Shown here piece after piece: positions 45,270 to 56,802 of a stretch of 64,000 nt of DNA (position 1 is its first letter; every line of letters begins with the position of its first letter). The stretch is from Mobula hypostoma (taxonomy: Eukaryota), in the NCBI RefSeq assembly GCF_963921235.1, contig NC_086114.1, forward strand, positions 55,180,001-55,244,000. The letters run 5' to 3'. The notes beneath the pieces are model-generated. The model worked only from the letters and a program-made list of their open reading frames with translations. It was not told the DNA's origin and did no database searches. A program made the position numbers and the translations under genes.

Positions 45270-47680
45270 AAGATTGTTTAATATAATTTTCAGTACAAAA
45301 ACATAAAAGAGATAGGAAATAATTGTTACTCTGGATCCGATGGAGCACCAGCAAAATACGATAAGATAAAGGCACAGTAATAATCTTAAAGCCCAATAAA
45401 TACATAAGATAACCTATATGCATAGGCTAATTGTATGTCCATAATATGATATGAGGATGTACAGATAATCCTTCCTGATAGGAGTGGAACAAAGAGTCAT
45501 GAGCAGGGTATGTGGGATCCTTCGTGATGTTACTGGCCCTTTTCCGACACCTTTTTTTATAGCGGGTAGGCTATTGCTAGTGATGCCTTGGGCAGTTTTG
45601 ACTACCCGTTGTAGAACCTACCTTTCCGCCCCAGTGCAGTTTCCGTATCAAGCAGTGATGTGCACTTTAGCGTGACATGAGTTTAAATGTGCATAGTCCA
45701 GAGCGCTGCACTTTAACGTGATGTGAGTGTGGATGTGCATAGTCTAGAGCTCTGCACTTTAACGTGATGTGAGTGTGGATGTGCATAGTCTAGAGCTCTG
45801 CACTTTAACGTGATGTGAGTGTAGATGTGCATAGTCCAGAGCGCTGCACTTTAACGTGATGTGAGTGTAGATGTGCATAGTCCAGAGCGCTGCACTTTAA
45901 CGTGATGTGAGTGTGGATGTGCATAGTCCAGAGCGCTGCACTTTAACGTGATGTGAGTGTGGATGTGCATAGTCTAGAGCTCTGCACTTTAACGTGATGT
46001 GAGTGTAGATGTGCATAGTCCAGAGCGCTGCACTTTAACGTGATGTGAGTGTAGATGTGCATAGTCCAGAGCGCTGCACTTTAACGTGATGTGAGTGTAG
46101 ATGTGCATAGTCCAGAGCGCTGCACTTTAACGTGATGTGAGTGTGGATGTGCATAGTCCAGAGCGCTGCACTTTAACGTGATGTGAGTGTGGATGTGCAT
46201 AGCCCAGAGCGCTGCACTTTAACGTGATGTGAGTGTAGATGTGCATAGCCCAGAGCGCTGCACTTTAACGTGATGTGAGTGTGGATGTGCATAGTCCAGA
46301 GCGCTGCACTTTAACGTGATGTGAGTGTGGATGTGCATAGCCCAGAGCGCTGCACTTTAACGTGATGTGAGTGTGGATGTGCATAGTCCAGAGCGCTTCA
46401 CTTTAACGTGATGTGAGTGTGGATGTGCATAGTCCAGAGCGCTGCACTTTAACGTGATGTGAGTGTGGATGTGCATAGTCCAGAGCGCTGCACTTTAACG
46501 TGATGTGAGTGTAGATGTGCATAGTCCAGAGCGCTGCACTTTAACGTGATGTGAGTGTGGATGTGCATAGTCCAGAGCGCTGCACTTTAACGTGATGTGA
46601 GTGTGGATGTGCATAGTCCAGAGCGCTTCACTTTAACGTGATGTGAGTGTGGATGTGCATAGTCCAGAGCGCTGCACTTTAACGTGATGTGAGTGTGGAT
46701 GTGCATAGTCCAGAGCGCTGCACTTTAACGTGATGTGAGTGTAGATGTGCGTAGTCCAAAGCGCTGCACTTTAACGTGATGTGAGTGTAGATGTGCATAG
46801 TCCAGAGCGCTGCACTTTAACGTGATGTGAGTGTAGATGTGCATAGTCTAGAGCTCTGCACTTTAACGTGATGTGAGTGTGGATGTGCATAGTCCAGAGC
46901 GCTTCACTTTAACGTGATGTGAGTGTGGATGTGCATAGTCCAGAGCGCTGCACTTTAACGTGATGTGACTGTGGATGTGCATAGTCCAGAGCGCTGCACT
47001 TTAACGTGATGTGAGTGTAGATGTGCATAGTCCAGAGCGCTGCACTTTAACGTGATGTGAGTGTGGATGTGCATAGTCCAGAGCGCTGCACTTTAACGTG
47101 ATGTGAGTGTGGATGTGCATAGTCCAGAGCGCTTCACTTTAACGTGATGTGAGTGTGGATGTGCATAGTCCAGAGCGCTGCACTTTAACGTGATGTGAGT
47201 GTGGATGTGCATAGTCCAGAGCGCTGCACTTTAACGTGATGTGAGTGTGGATGTGCATAGTCCAGAGCGCTGCACTTTAACGTGATGTGAGTGTAGATGT
47301 GCGTAGTCCAAAGCGCTGCACTTTAACGTGATGTGAGTGTAGATGTGCATAGTCCAGAGCGCTGCACTTTAACGTGATGTGAGTGTAGATGTGCATAGTC
47401 TAGAGCTCTGCACTTTAACGTGATGTGAGTGTGGATGTGCATAGTCCAGAGCGCTGCACTTTAACGTGATGTGAGTGTAGATGTGCATAGTCCAGAGCGC
47501 TGCACTTTAACGTGATGTGAGTGTAGATGTGCATAGTCCAGAGCCCTTCAGCCTCCTCAGAAAGTAGAGGCGTTGATGAGCTTTCCTGATGGTGTAGTGT
47601 GTTCTGGGACCATGAGAGGCTGCACAAGATGTGCACTCCCGGGAGTTCGAATCTGCTCATTATTTCCATTGTTGTGTCTC
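45270..47680 (-). mobile_element. Rex-Babar 3' fragment hosting the minisatellite
   Basis: The right flank reads TIRKAHQRLYFLRRLKGSGLCTS on minus; the left flank continues with ITA*YGNCTGAER and a Rex-type 3' UTR. Confidence 0.75.
45661..47546. repeat. Minisatellite, 41 tandem copies of a 46-bp unit
   Basis: Unit TGCACTTTAACGTGATGTGAGTGT(G/A)GATGTGCATAGTCCAGAGCGC; 1886 bp = 41 x 46 with phase kept; no spacers. Confidence 0.97.
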
Positions 47681-47794
47681 CATGATAACTTTGCTTTAAA
47701 TCTTGCCTCTTCATCGCTTCACTACTTGTGACTGTATCCTCTGCTGTCTATCCCCCGCATCTGCAAATAATTTTCTAAGCCTCTTTTCCTCATT

Positions 47795-48206
47795 TTGGAA
47801 CTTAGAAGGCTGAGAGGGGATCTTATTGAACCATATAATATTATTATTAAGGGATTGGACACACTGGAGGCAGGAAGCATGTTCCTGCTGATGGGGGATT
47901 CCAGAACGAGAGGCCACAGTTTAAGAATAAGGGGTAGGCCATTTGGAACGGAGTTGAGGAAAAACTTTTTCACCCAGAGAGTGGTGGATATATGGAATGC
48001 TCTGCCCCAGAAAGCTGTGGAGGCCAAGTCTCTGGATGCTTTCAAGAAAGAGATGGATAGAGCTCTTAAAGATAGCAGAATCAAAGGTTATGGGGATAAG
48101 GCAGGAACTGGACACTGATTGTGGATGATCAGCCATGATCACAGTGAATGGCGGTGCTCGCTTGAAGGGCCGAATGGTCTACTCCTGCACCTATTGTCTA
48201 TTGTCT
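47795..48206 (+). mobile_element. Young CR1 3' fragment
   Basis: LELRRLRGDLIE..SRTRGHSLRIRGRPFGTELRKNFFTQRVVDIWNALP; tail (CTATTGT)n. Confidence 0.92.
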
Positions 48207-48639
48207 GTTTTCTCATAAGACACTCCTTAACCATGCTCTTGAGCAAGTTACGCCTTGCACAGCTGGTGTACGATTTTGTTTGCTAGCAATTCTGTAAAGC
48301 ACTTTGAGACATTATATGATGTGAGAGATACTACATAAACAGCAGCTGTTATCTTTATGTGGTTCATGTGAAATAGCACACGACTAGCACAACTCTCATT
48401 TTTACCCAAGAGGAAAATCCTCCATTTGACATTCCTTCTGAAAGTCAGGACGTCTAGCACTGCTGTACTACCCAGGTACAGTCAGCCTAGATGGTGGGCT
48501 CCAGACTCTAGAGTGGAGCTTAAACCAATGATCTGTTGACTCTGGAATGTCACCATCAATTGAGATGCGGCTGTCAGCTGAGTTTTGTGATATTGAACAA
48601 TAATTTGAACATGATGTCATGTACAAAAAAATATACAGT

Positions 48640-48910
48640 GAATTACATCACTTGCATCAAATCTACGAGGGTAGTGCTGGGAGCAACATGCAAGTGTCCC
48701 AATGCTTCCATCGTCGTCATAGCACGCCCACACCTTACTAACCCCAACACAAACCTGTACATCTTCGGAATCTGGACCCCAAGGAGTAAATCCACACAGT
48801 CACGGGGAGAATGTGCAAACTCCTTACAGACAGTGGCGGGAATTGAACCCTGATCTGTGATCACTGGTGCTATAAAGTAGTTGCGCTAACCACTATGCTA
48901 CTGTGCTGCC
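48640..48910 (-). mobile_element. V-SINE (HE1-like)
   Basis: gtcacggggagaatgtgcaaactccttacagacagtggcgggaattgaaccc..gcgctaaccactatgctac; reverse complement gives A and B boxes plus V-domain. Confidence 0.75.
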
Positions 48911-48927
48911 CATAGTATATAATATTA

Positions 48928-49290
48928 TCATCATCATCATCAATGTGCTGTGTCGTATGATGTGTGCAATCATGGTTTTTTGATATTGATTGCTCTTGGC
49001 AAATTTTTCTTCAGAAGTGGTTTGCCTTCTTCTGGACAGTATCTTTACAAGACAGGTGACCCCAGCCATTATCAATACTCTTCAGGGATTGTCTGCCTTG
49101 TGTCAGCGGTCGCATAACCAGGACCTGTGATCTGCACCAGCTGCTCAAATGATCATTTACCACCTGCTCTCATTGGCTTCGCGTGACCTGATTGGGGGGC
49201 TAAGCAGGTACAAAGCCTTACCCATGGGTGATCTGCAGGGGAGTGGAGGGAAGGAGAGCCTTACGCCTCCTTTGGTAGGGATGAACCCCC
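48928..49290 (-). mobile_element. RTE-derived non-autonomous element (5' UTR piece + (GAT)n tail)
   Basis: Minus strand has ggcaaaccacttctg (motif shared with BovB/RTE-derived SINEs) and ends in (GAT)n like the RTE at 59017. Confidence 0.6.
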
Positions 49291-50929
49291 CACCTGGAAT
49301 ATGTAATGTATATAAGGTATTGCTCCTTGTTATTATGATAGGAATGTTCCCTAACTGTCTAAATGTTCATCTCATTTGTTGAGTAAAGTGATTGGTTTCA
49401 AGCTCTGAGGTGGGATCTTTGAATGATGCAGTAATATTTTTTGTTTGTCATAACACCACAGATAATTGTCCCTTCAAGTATTTTTATAAGTCCTGTTAAA
49501 GTTGTTACTGAATCTATATGGAGAGGTTGGACAAACTTGGATTGTTTTCTCTGAAGCGTCAGAGGCTGAGGGCAATGTGTTAGAAGTACATTAAAGTTGT
49601 GAGAACTGTAGATAGTCAGAGTCTTTTTCCCAGGTTGGAAACATCAAATATTAGAGGACATACCTTTACGGTGAGAGAGGGAAAATTTAAAGGAGATTAG
49701 CATGGCATATTTTTTTCCCACGCAAACTAGGGTAAATGTCTGGAACCTGCTGTCAGGGGAGGTAGTGGAAGCAGATACGATAGTAACGTTCAAGATGCAT
49801 TTAGACAGGTGCATGACCAGGCAGGGTATAGAGGGATTTAGACCAATTGCAGGTCAATGTGCTGTTTAAATTGGCATCAGTGTTGGCACGTTTATCATAG
49901 GCCCAAGGCTGTTCCTGTGCTGACTGCTGCATGTTCTTTACATCAGCATCGATTCTTCTGGGTTTTTTTTTTGTCCATTTAATGAGCATTGTGTCAACTG
50001 TTTGCCATTTTCCTTCAATATTTTGAACTCTTGTCTGTTAAAAGTGCAGGTTTGTTTAGTGCAGTAAAAGGTTCGTACAGTGAATAAAGTTTGTACTGTC
50101 CGCTGTGAAGTCAGTGGGTGCCAGTTACTTGCTGATTGCTGTAACAAGCTGCACGATGTGGATTAATTCCACAGTGTGTCCGTCCTGGTAAAGTGTCAAG
50201 CCTCAGCTGAGCTACTCCCCATGGTGAATTGAGCACAACTGAAAGATTACTCACCTTGGCAACTAAATTAATTCCCTGGAATGGCGATTACTTGGGACAA
50301 CCTACATTTCTCAACCTCCCTTCCCAGCAGTGGAATGGTTGCAGTGTTTATCATATTTTGTCATTTAGCTAACTTTAAATACTTGCCAAGCATCAATAAT
50401 GTCACTTCCACCATGTATTGCAATTTTTAAGTGAGACCTGATATTTCAAAGTGAAGTTATTGATTGTTAAACAATGAATAAATAAGCTCTGGATGACAGG
50501 GAAGATTGGAAGGCAGTTAGTCTTGTACTTCAGTGTATTGGAAAACTGTAGTGCAGTGAATTAGCCCGATCAATGTACTACAGTGGTCTAATTTCTACAC
50601 TTCTGAGCAACGTTCCCAGCTTCACGGACCAACCATTGCTCTGAGCAAGAAATTTTAACACAGCCTGAAAACTGCGCGGTACTTAAAATGTTCTTTTTTC
50701 TGTAGTGTGCACATCAAACAAAACACAAACCACAACTCACAACATAAGTAAACAATGTCAGGCTGCACGCCCATGCAGCTTAGAGGGTGCAGTGCTTCTG
50801 AAGATGTGCAAGGTTTCAGTTCCTCCAGAAGTTTGACTAAACAGCCTATGTGCAAATCTTAATTAATCGTCATAGGCAAAGCAGCTGTTTTCCTCAAATA
50901 CCTTGGGAGTTGCCAGCCAGCCTTTCAAC

Positions 50930-51210
50930 GATGCTGTGTGAATGCTACACTGTTGAAGGTGCTACTCATTGGAGTGGATTGTGTACTTAAGCCTGGTCTG
51001 TCTTCTCTGTTTGGCACTGTAAAGCAAAAGATCCAGTACTTCCTGACCAGATTGTAATTCCTCAGGCAACATCACTAAAACTGATGATCTGCTCGTGATT
51101 GCATTGCAGTTCTGCTTAGTTTGTGTGAGCTTACTATGTGCCAAAGTATTTCTACATTATTACAATGATTTTACTTCATTGGCTTTAAATTGCATGGACG
51201 TAATCTTAAA
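50930..51210 (+). mobile_element. Ancient Deu-domain SINE remnant
   Basis: caacatcactaaaactgatgatctg..gtttgtgtgagcttactatgtg..tacttcattggctttaaa resembles the SacSINE1-type 3' part; related pieces at ~37730-37960 (+) and ~48290-48560 (-). Confidence 0.5.
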
Positions 51211-51684
51211 TTGCAAATGAAGTTGAACAATGTTTTTATTAGAAACACAAAATCTCGACCAGAACATGGATAGGGGTATCCTTATTGTGGAGTAATAGCA
51301 CAGAGACAGGCCATTTGGCCTAACATCCCTTCTGAGTTGTCCTCTCCTTCCATTTCACCAACCTCCACCATTGAAGATGGTGGAAATTATGGAGGATGAT
51401 CTACTGAATCTTCCTCCAAAATTTCCACAACCTTTAATGGTATTCTACCCAAGTTATTTTGTTTCAAAGGCTTTCATTAGATACATCAGCAGACTCTAAA
51501 ATACCTTATGGAAACACTTCTTAGCTTAGCAATCTGGTAATGATTTTTTTTTATCTTGCTGCTCCTTGGTCAGTCACCAAACATGGAACTCTACAAGAAC
51601 ACTATAATGGCATTAACTTGTTCCAGATGCTTTGCTATGGATATGTCATGAGGGCAGAATTTGAAACCTGTTGGATTCTTTTAG

Positions 51685-51814
51685 GTTCAGATGTGTCAGT
51701 GAATCCTGATACCTTTGAGAGGGACCTGCTGCCCCATCAGGAAGTGGTTCTGAAGGCTGGGCTAGAGAAAGCCATTAAACACAAAGACAAACTGTTGGAG
51801 TATGATAAAACCAG
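51685..51814 (+). CDS. TRIP4: TRIP4 coding exon 6
   Basis: (G)SDVSVNPDTFERDLLPHQEVVLKAGLEKAIKHKDKLLEYDKT; 130 nt; a second in-frame AG would start the exon at 51691. Confidence 0.93.
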
Positions 51815-54039
51815 GTAAGAGGAAGAGCACAACACAGTCTTTGTCTCATTGAGCAATTTGAATCAAAAATATGATTAAACTCCTGCAAATGTTACAATTA
51901 ACTCTAACATGCTCATAGTAGTTTTGTGACTCTGAAGTTATTGAGAGGATCATAAAAATGCTATCTGGATAATAGTGTAGGAATTAAAACTCTTGTTAGT
52001 TAATAGATCCAGTGGTTATGCATCTGGAGTATCTGGTCATTTTTGGTCACCATATCTCATTTGGATATAATGGCCTTTGAAGATGTTACATCACAGATTC
52101 ATTGGATTCATCCCCCTTCTTTTCCAGTGCTGATGAAGGGTCTTGGCCTGAATTGTCGATTCTTTATTCCTTTCCATAGATGCTGCCTGACCTGTTGAGT
52201 GCCTCCAGCATTTTGTGTGTGTTCCTCTGGATATCCAGCATCTGCAAATCTCTTGAGTTTATTCATTGGAATTACACTGCGACTGAAAGGAATAAAATAC
52301 AAGGAGGGTTTTCAAAAACTCAGTGGGTTCCCTTGAGCCTCAATTAAATCATGGTAGTCTGACTGAAGTATTAGAAATAATTAAAAGTTTTGACTGAATA
52401 TACAGACGAAGAAACCAGATTCTCTATTAAACACCCAGTATAAGGCAACATGCTCTTAAAACTGGACGATCATGAGTGATATTAGGAAGCATTTTTAATA
52501 GGAAAGGTAGTGTTAAAAGCTCTTAAGCTGAGATCAATGAATTCCTTAAAAACCTTATTAATAAATCTTGATGTATTAAAGGATGTGGAGCGAGGTTGGA
52601 TTTGAGATGTTGATCCACTATGATGTAAATAAATAAGGAAATTGTTTTGTATAGTGAATATTCTAATTCTATTCTATGTTCAACATTTGGAGTGATATTT
52701 ATTCAAGCTTTTTAAAGAAAAAGCAACTTTACAATGGATTATTGATGCAGTCATCTTGGTTATTGGAAGTGGCTGAACATTATGCATTTTTGTGCTGTTA
52801 GTCTAAAGGCTGGCGCATAGACTCTCTGTGTATGCTGCTCACTACGCTCTCTGTAGAGAGCTTTGTGTGTAAGCAATTCTGATTCTGATTTCCATGAAGA
52901 TTCTCTTTGTATAGTGAATCTTTCATCCCTTCCGTAATCATAAAAAAAATAGAAAATGGTAGAAGCACTCTGCAAGCCAAGCAGCATCATGGTAGTAGAG
53001 AAAGAGTCAATGTTTCAAGTCAAGGGCTCTTCCTTACAGTGTAAACTCAATGAACAAGCATCTCATAGGTTGTAGGGAGCAGAAGGGTAGAGAAAATGGA
53101 TGCAATGTCTGTGATATGACGTAGACCAGAGTTGTCATGGTAATGGTTTCTTTTAAAAACTGACCAAAGAGGTGGAAAATAAGGAAGAAATTGAATCTGA
53201 GAAGTGCTACCACATCTGTAGGGAGATTATTGGATATTGTTAAATTTAATATTAAGTCCTAAAAGCAATGACCTGCTCAGATGGAAATTGATTTGCTGTT
53301 CCTCAAGCTTGTTTTGGGCCTTACAAGAGGTCTTTGGGAAGCAGAGGTCAAAAAGGTTAGAGTGGGAGTTAGATAAAGTGACTGGTGACCAGAGGCTCAG
53401 GATTGCCATGCAGACAGAACAGAGCATTGTGCAAAGCAGTCGTTCAGCCTGCACTGTAGACAAGTGAATGTGGTGAGCAGTGAATGCAGTACACTAACTT
53501 CTTTCAGGTGCAGCTGTTTCACCTGGAGTCCAAGGTAACATCTAAGTAAAAGATTGTTTCCTTGACTGGCGGGAAGAGGTGCAAAGGCAGATAACCTGCT
53601 ATTAGTTGTCTGTTTGCCATCTCTTCTTCTCCTTGGGTTGTACAGTGGCATAGATAGTACAGCTGCTGTCTCACAGTTACCGCAGCTTAGGCTCAAACCA
53701 GGCCTCTAGTGCCGTCTGTGTGGCATCTGCATCTTTTCCTCCACATCCCAGAGGTGTTTAGTGTTGGTAAGTTTATTGTCCTGTAAATGACTGAATGCAT
53801 AGGTGAGTGGTAAAGGCATGGGAATTGATGGAAATGGTGGGATAATAAAAGAGCATTAATGTAGGACTAGTGTAAATGGGTGCTTGATAGAACGTAATGG
53901 GCTGAAAGGCCTATTTCTGTGCTGTATCACTCTGACTCAGTTTCCTGGAGCTCCTAGATTGTGGTTCCATTGTCAGACTGAGTGTATTCATGCAGAAGGG
54001 CACCATACAAGTACTCCACTAAATCAACCTACTTAAAAG

Positions 54040-54890
54040 TCGGTCATTGAGCTGTTTTAAAATCCACCCCCCACCCAGGTCCCCTCTGAACTTCCTACTC
54101 TCACTTTAAACATATGCTCTCTTGTTTCAACATGAGTAAAACAATTTTTGCTATCAACCCCATGTCTCCCTCTCATAATCTTTCATACCTCTTTCAGGTC
54201 ACCTTTCAGCCTCTTCTGCTCCTGGGAAAACAAGCCCAGCCTGTCCAGTCTCTCCGTGGAAATGGAATGTTCCAAGCAACTTCCCAGCAATCTGACCTGC
54301 ATCTTCTCAGTGCAACCATGTCCTTCCTATAGTGTAGCAACCAAAACTGCACACAGTAGTCCAGGCCAAACCAATGTTTTATGAAGTTTTAACCCAGTGT
54401 CCCAGCTTTTGTACTCTAAGCCACAATCACTGTGGACAAGCAACTCTGATGAGACTCAAGAGATTAAAGTTGTTGGAATATGGAGCAAAGAAAAAATTGC
54501 AGGAGGAACTCAATGAGTTGTGCTGTGTCTGTGGGTGAGGGTGTCGAGAAGCTACTGATGAAATTTCATGTCAAGGTGCTGCATCAGTCCTGATTTCTGG
54601 TCAAGCATTTTATATACTTTCTTCACCATCTTGTCACCTGTGCTTCCATCTTCAGAGGTCAGTGAACTTGTACACTAAGGTCCCATTGCTCATCAGCTCT
54701 CTTAGCACCCTACCCTTTACTTGCACGTCGTACTCTTGTGTGCATTCTCAAATATATCTTCCTGTATTTGTCAGAATTAAGTTCTATTTGTACTTGCTCT
54801 GTCCAAATTTCCAGCTGATTTATATTATGTTGTAACTGTAAACACCTGCCTCACTATACATAGCACCACCAATTTTTGTAACATCTGCAA
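54040..54890 (-). mobile_element. Decayed CR1 3' fragment with nested Penelope terminal piece (~54455-54590)
   Basis: Reverse-complement similarity to CR1 ORF2 3' region (aactgcacacagta..ccaggcc..accaatgttttatgaagttt; atttttgtaacatctgcaaac = KFAD). Confidence 0.65.
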
Positions 54891-55496
54891 ACCTACCTCA
54901 TGCATTCAGCCTCTTTTCTGCTGTGGGAGGAATTGATACCATGTTATTCAGAAGTGGTGATGATTTGTATGTGAAAGAGTTTCATTATATTCCTATTGTT
55001 TTATTGGATTTCCAACTCCTCCCCCCCCCCCCCACCGCCCGATGGGTTTAAGGTTGAGGAAACAGGTTTGTTTCCTAGCCATGTTTGTTGCCTGCTGAGG
55101 AGGAATAAGTGATATTGAATCCTAGAGTTCTCTGTGAATAGCTGGTTCAGCATAAAGGTTGGGATGTGGAGGATGAACTGGGAAGTGTATTGAGGCTTAG
55201 CCAGGAACTTTTTAAAAATGCATTTATATAACATTTATTCACATAATAAAGAAAATTACATAACATTATAGAACACTATCAAACTCAATTTGATGTGAAC
55301 TGTATTTATTAGTGGCCAAAGGGTGAGTTAAAGAGCAGGGCTTTATGGGGTATATTAAAGGAAAAGGGGGTGGGTAGAAAGAGAACTATTTTAAATAAGG
55401 GATGGTGGTATTCCAGCTTTCAAAGGTAAAATAAGGTATATTCATCAATAGTGGATTGTTGGAAATCAGGTGTGCTGAGAGAAGAAAATTTCAGAA

Positions 55497-56335
55497 TCAA
55501 GTTATTATCATGTGTCATGAAATTTGTTAACTTAGCAGCAGCAGTACAATCCAATACTTGATAATATAGAAAGAAAACAATAAGTAAATCAATTACAGTA
55601 AGTAGATACCTATATTAAATATTTAGATTAAAAATAGTGCAAAATAGAAATACACTAAAAATAAGTGAGGTAGAGTTCATGGGTTCAATATCCATTTAGA
55701 AATTGGTTGGCAGAGGGGAAGAAACTGTTCCTGAATCGCTGAGTGTTTGCCTTCAGGCTTCTGTACCTCCTTTCTGATGGTAATGATGAGAAAAGAGCAT
55801 GCCCTGGGTGCTGGAGGTCCTTAAAAATGGATGTCCCTTTTCTGAGGCACCGCTCCTTGAAGATGTCTTGGATACTACAGAGGCTAGTACCCAAGATGGA
55901 ACTGACTAATTTTACAGCTTTCTGTAGCTTCTTCCAGTCCTGTGCGGTAGCCTTCCATACCAGACAGTGATGCAGCCAGTCAGAATGCTCTCCATGGTAC
56001 ATCTGTAAAGTTTTTGAGTGTTTTAGGTGACAAACCAAATGTCTTCAAACTCCTGATGAAATATAGCCATTGTCTTGCCTTCTTTATGGCTGCATCAATA
56101 TGTTGGAACCAGGTTAGATGTTCAGAGATCTTGACACCCAAGAACTTGAAGTTGCTCACTTTCTCCACTTCTGATCAATCTATGAGGATTAGTTTGTGTT
56201 CCCTCATCTTACCCTTCGTGAAGTCCACAATCAGCTGTTTCGTCTTACTGACATTGGGTCAAAGTTGTTGCTGTGGCACCACTCAACTAGCTGGTATATC
56301 TCACTCCTGGTATGCCTTCTCGTCTCCTTCGGAGA
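55497..56335 (-). mobile_element. Rex-Babar 3' fragment
   Basis: EKVSNFKFLGVKISEHLTW..KKARQWLYFIRSLKTFG; HPGHALFSSLPSERRYRSLK..RFRNSFFPSA. Confidence 0.9.
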
Positions 56336-56586
56336 TATGAGCATTTAAATAGAGATCTAAGGGTTGTGGGGCTAAAGGGAATATTATCATTGGGTACTGT
56401 GAGAACATAAAAGGAGTTGAGAGCAAGAAAGAGAATTTTTATATATGAATCCCATGTAGGTGATTGAGCACAGCACTAAAATAGATTCAGGATAAGAGCT
56501 GACCTTGTGTGCTCCAGAATACATTAACACTTAAAAATTGTCTGATGAATTCTGCTCCACTGACAGAATCTTTTCTTCTCTTGTAG

Positions 56587-56802
56587 TGCTCGTCGCACCC
56601 AGGTCATTGACGATGAGTCTGATTACTTTGCGGCAGATGCAAACCAATGGCTATCCAAACAGGAACGAGAGGCATTACGCAAGAAAGAAGAAGAATTGAG
56701 AGAGTTGCGACATGCATCCCGTCGAACAAAGAAGATCACAATAGACTTTGCTGGAAGGCAAATCTTTGAAGAAGAAGGATCATTGGATCAGTACTATAGC
56801 AG
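56587..56802 (+). CDS. TRIP4: TRIP4 coding exon 7
   Basis: ARRTQVIDDESDYFAADANQWLSKQEREALRKKEEELRELRHASRRTKKITIDFAGRQIFEEEGSLDQYYS; 216 nt; absent from the supplied ORF track. Confidence 0.98.

Noticed and set aside
45661-47546. CRISPR-like array
   Set aside because: Units are contiguous with no unique spacers, there are no cas genes, the context is a vertebrate intron and the unit derives from a LINE
48840-48905. tRNA gene (A/B boxes on the minus strand; also at ~63240-63305)
   Set aside because: These are the tRNA-derived heads of V-SINEs with no complete cloverleaf
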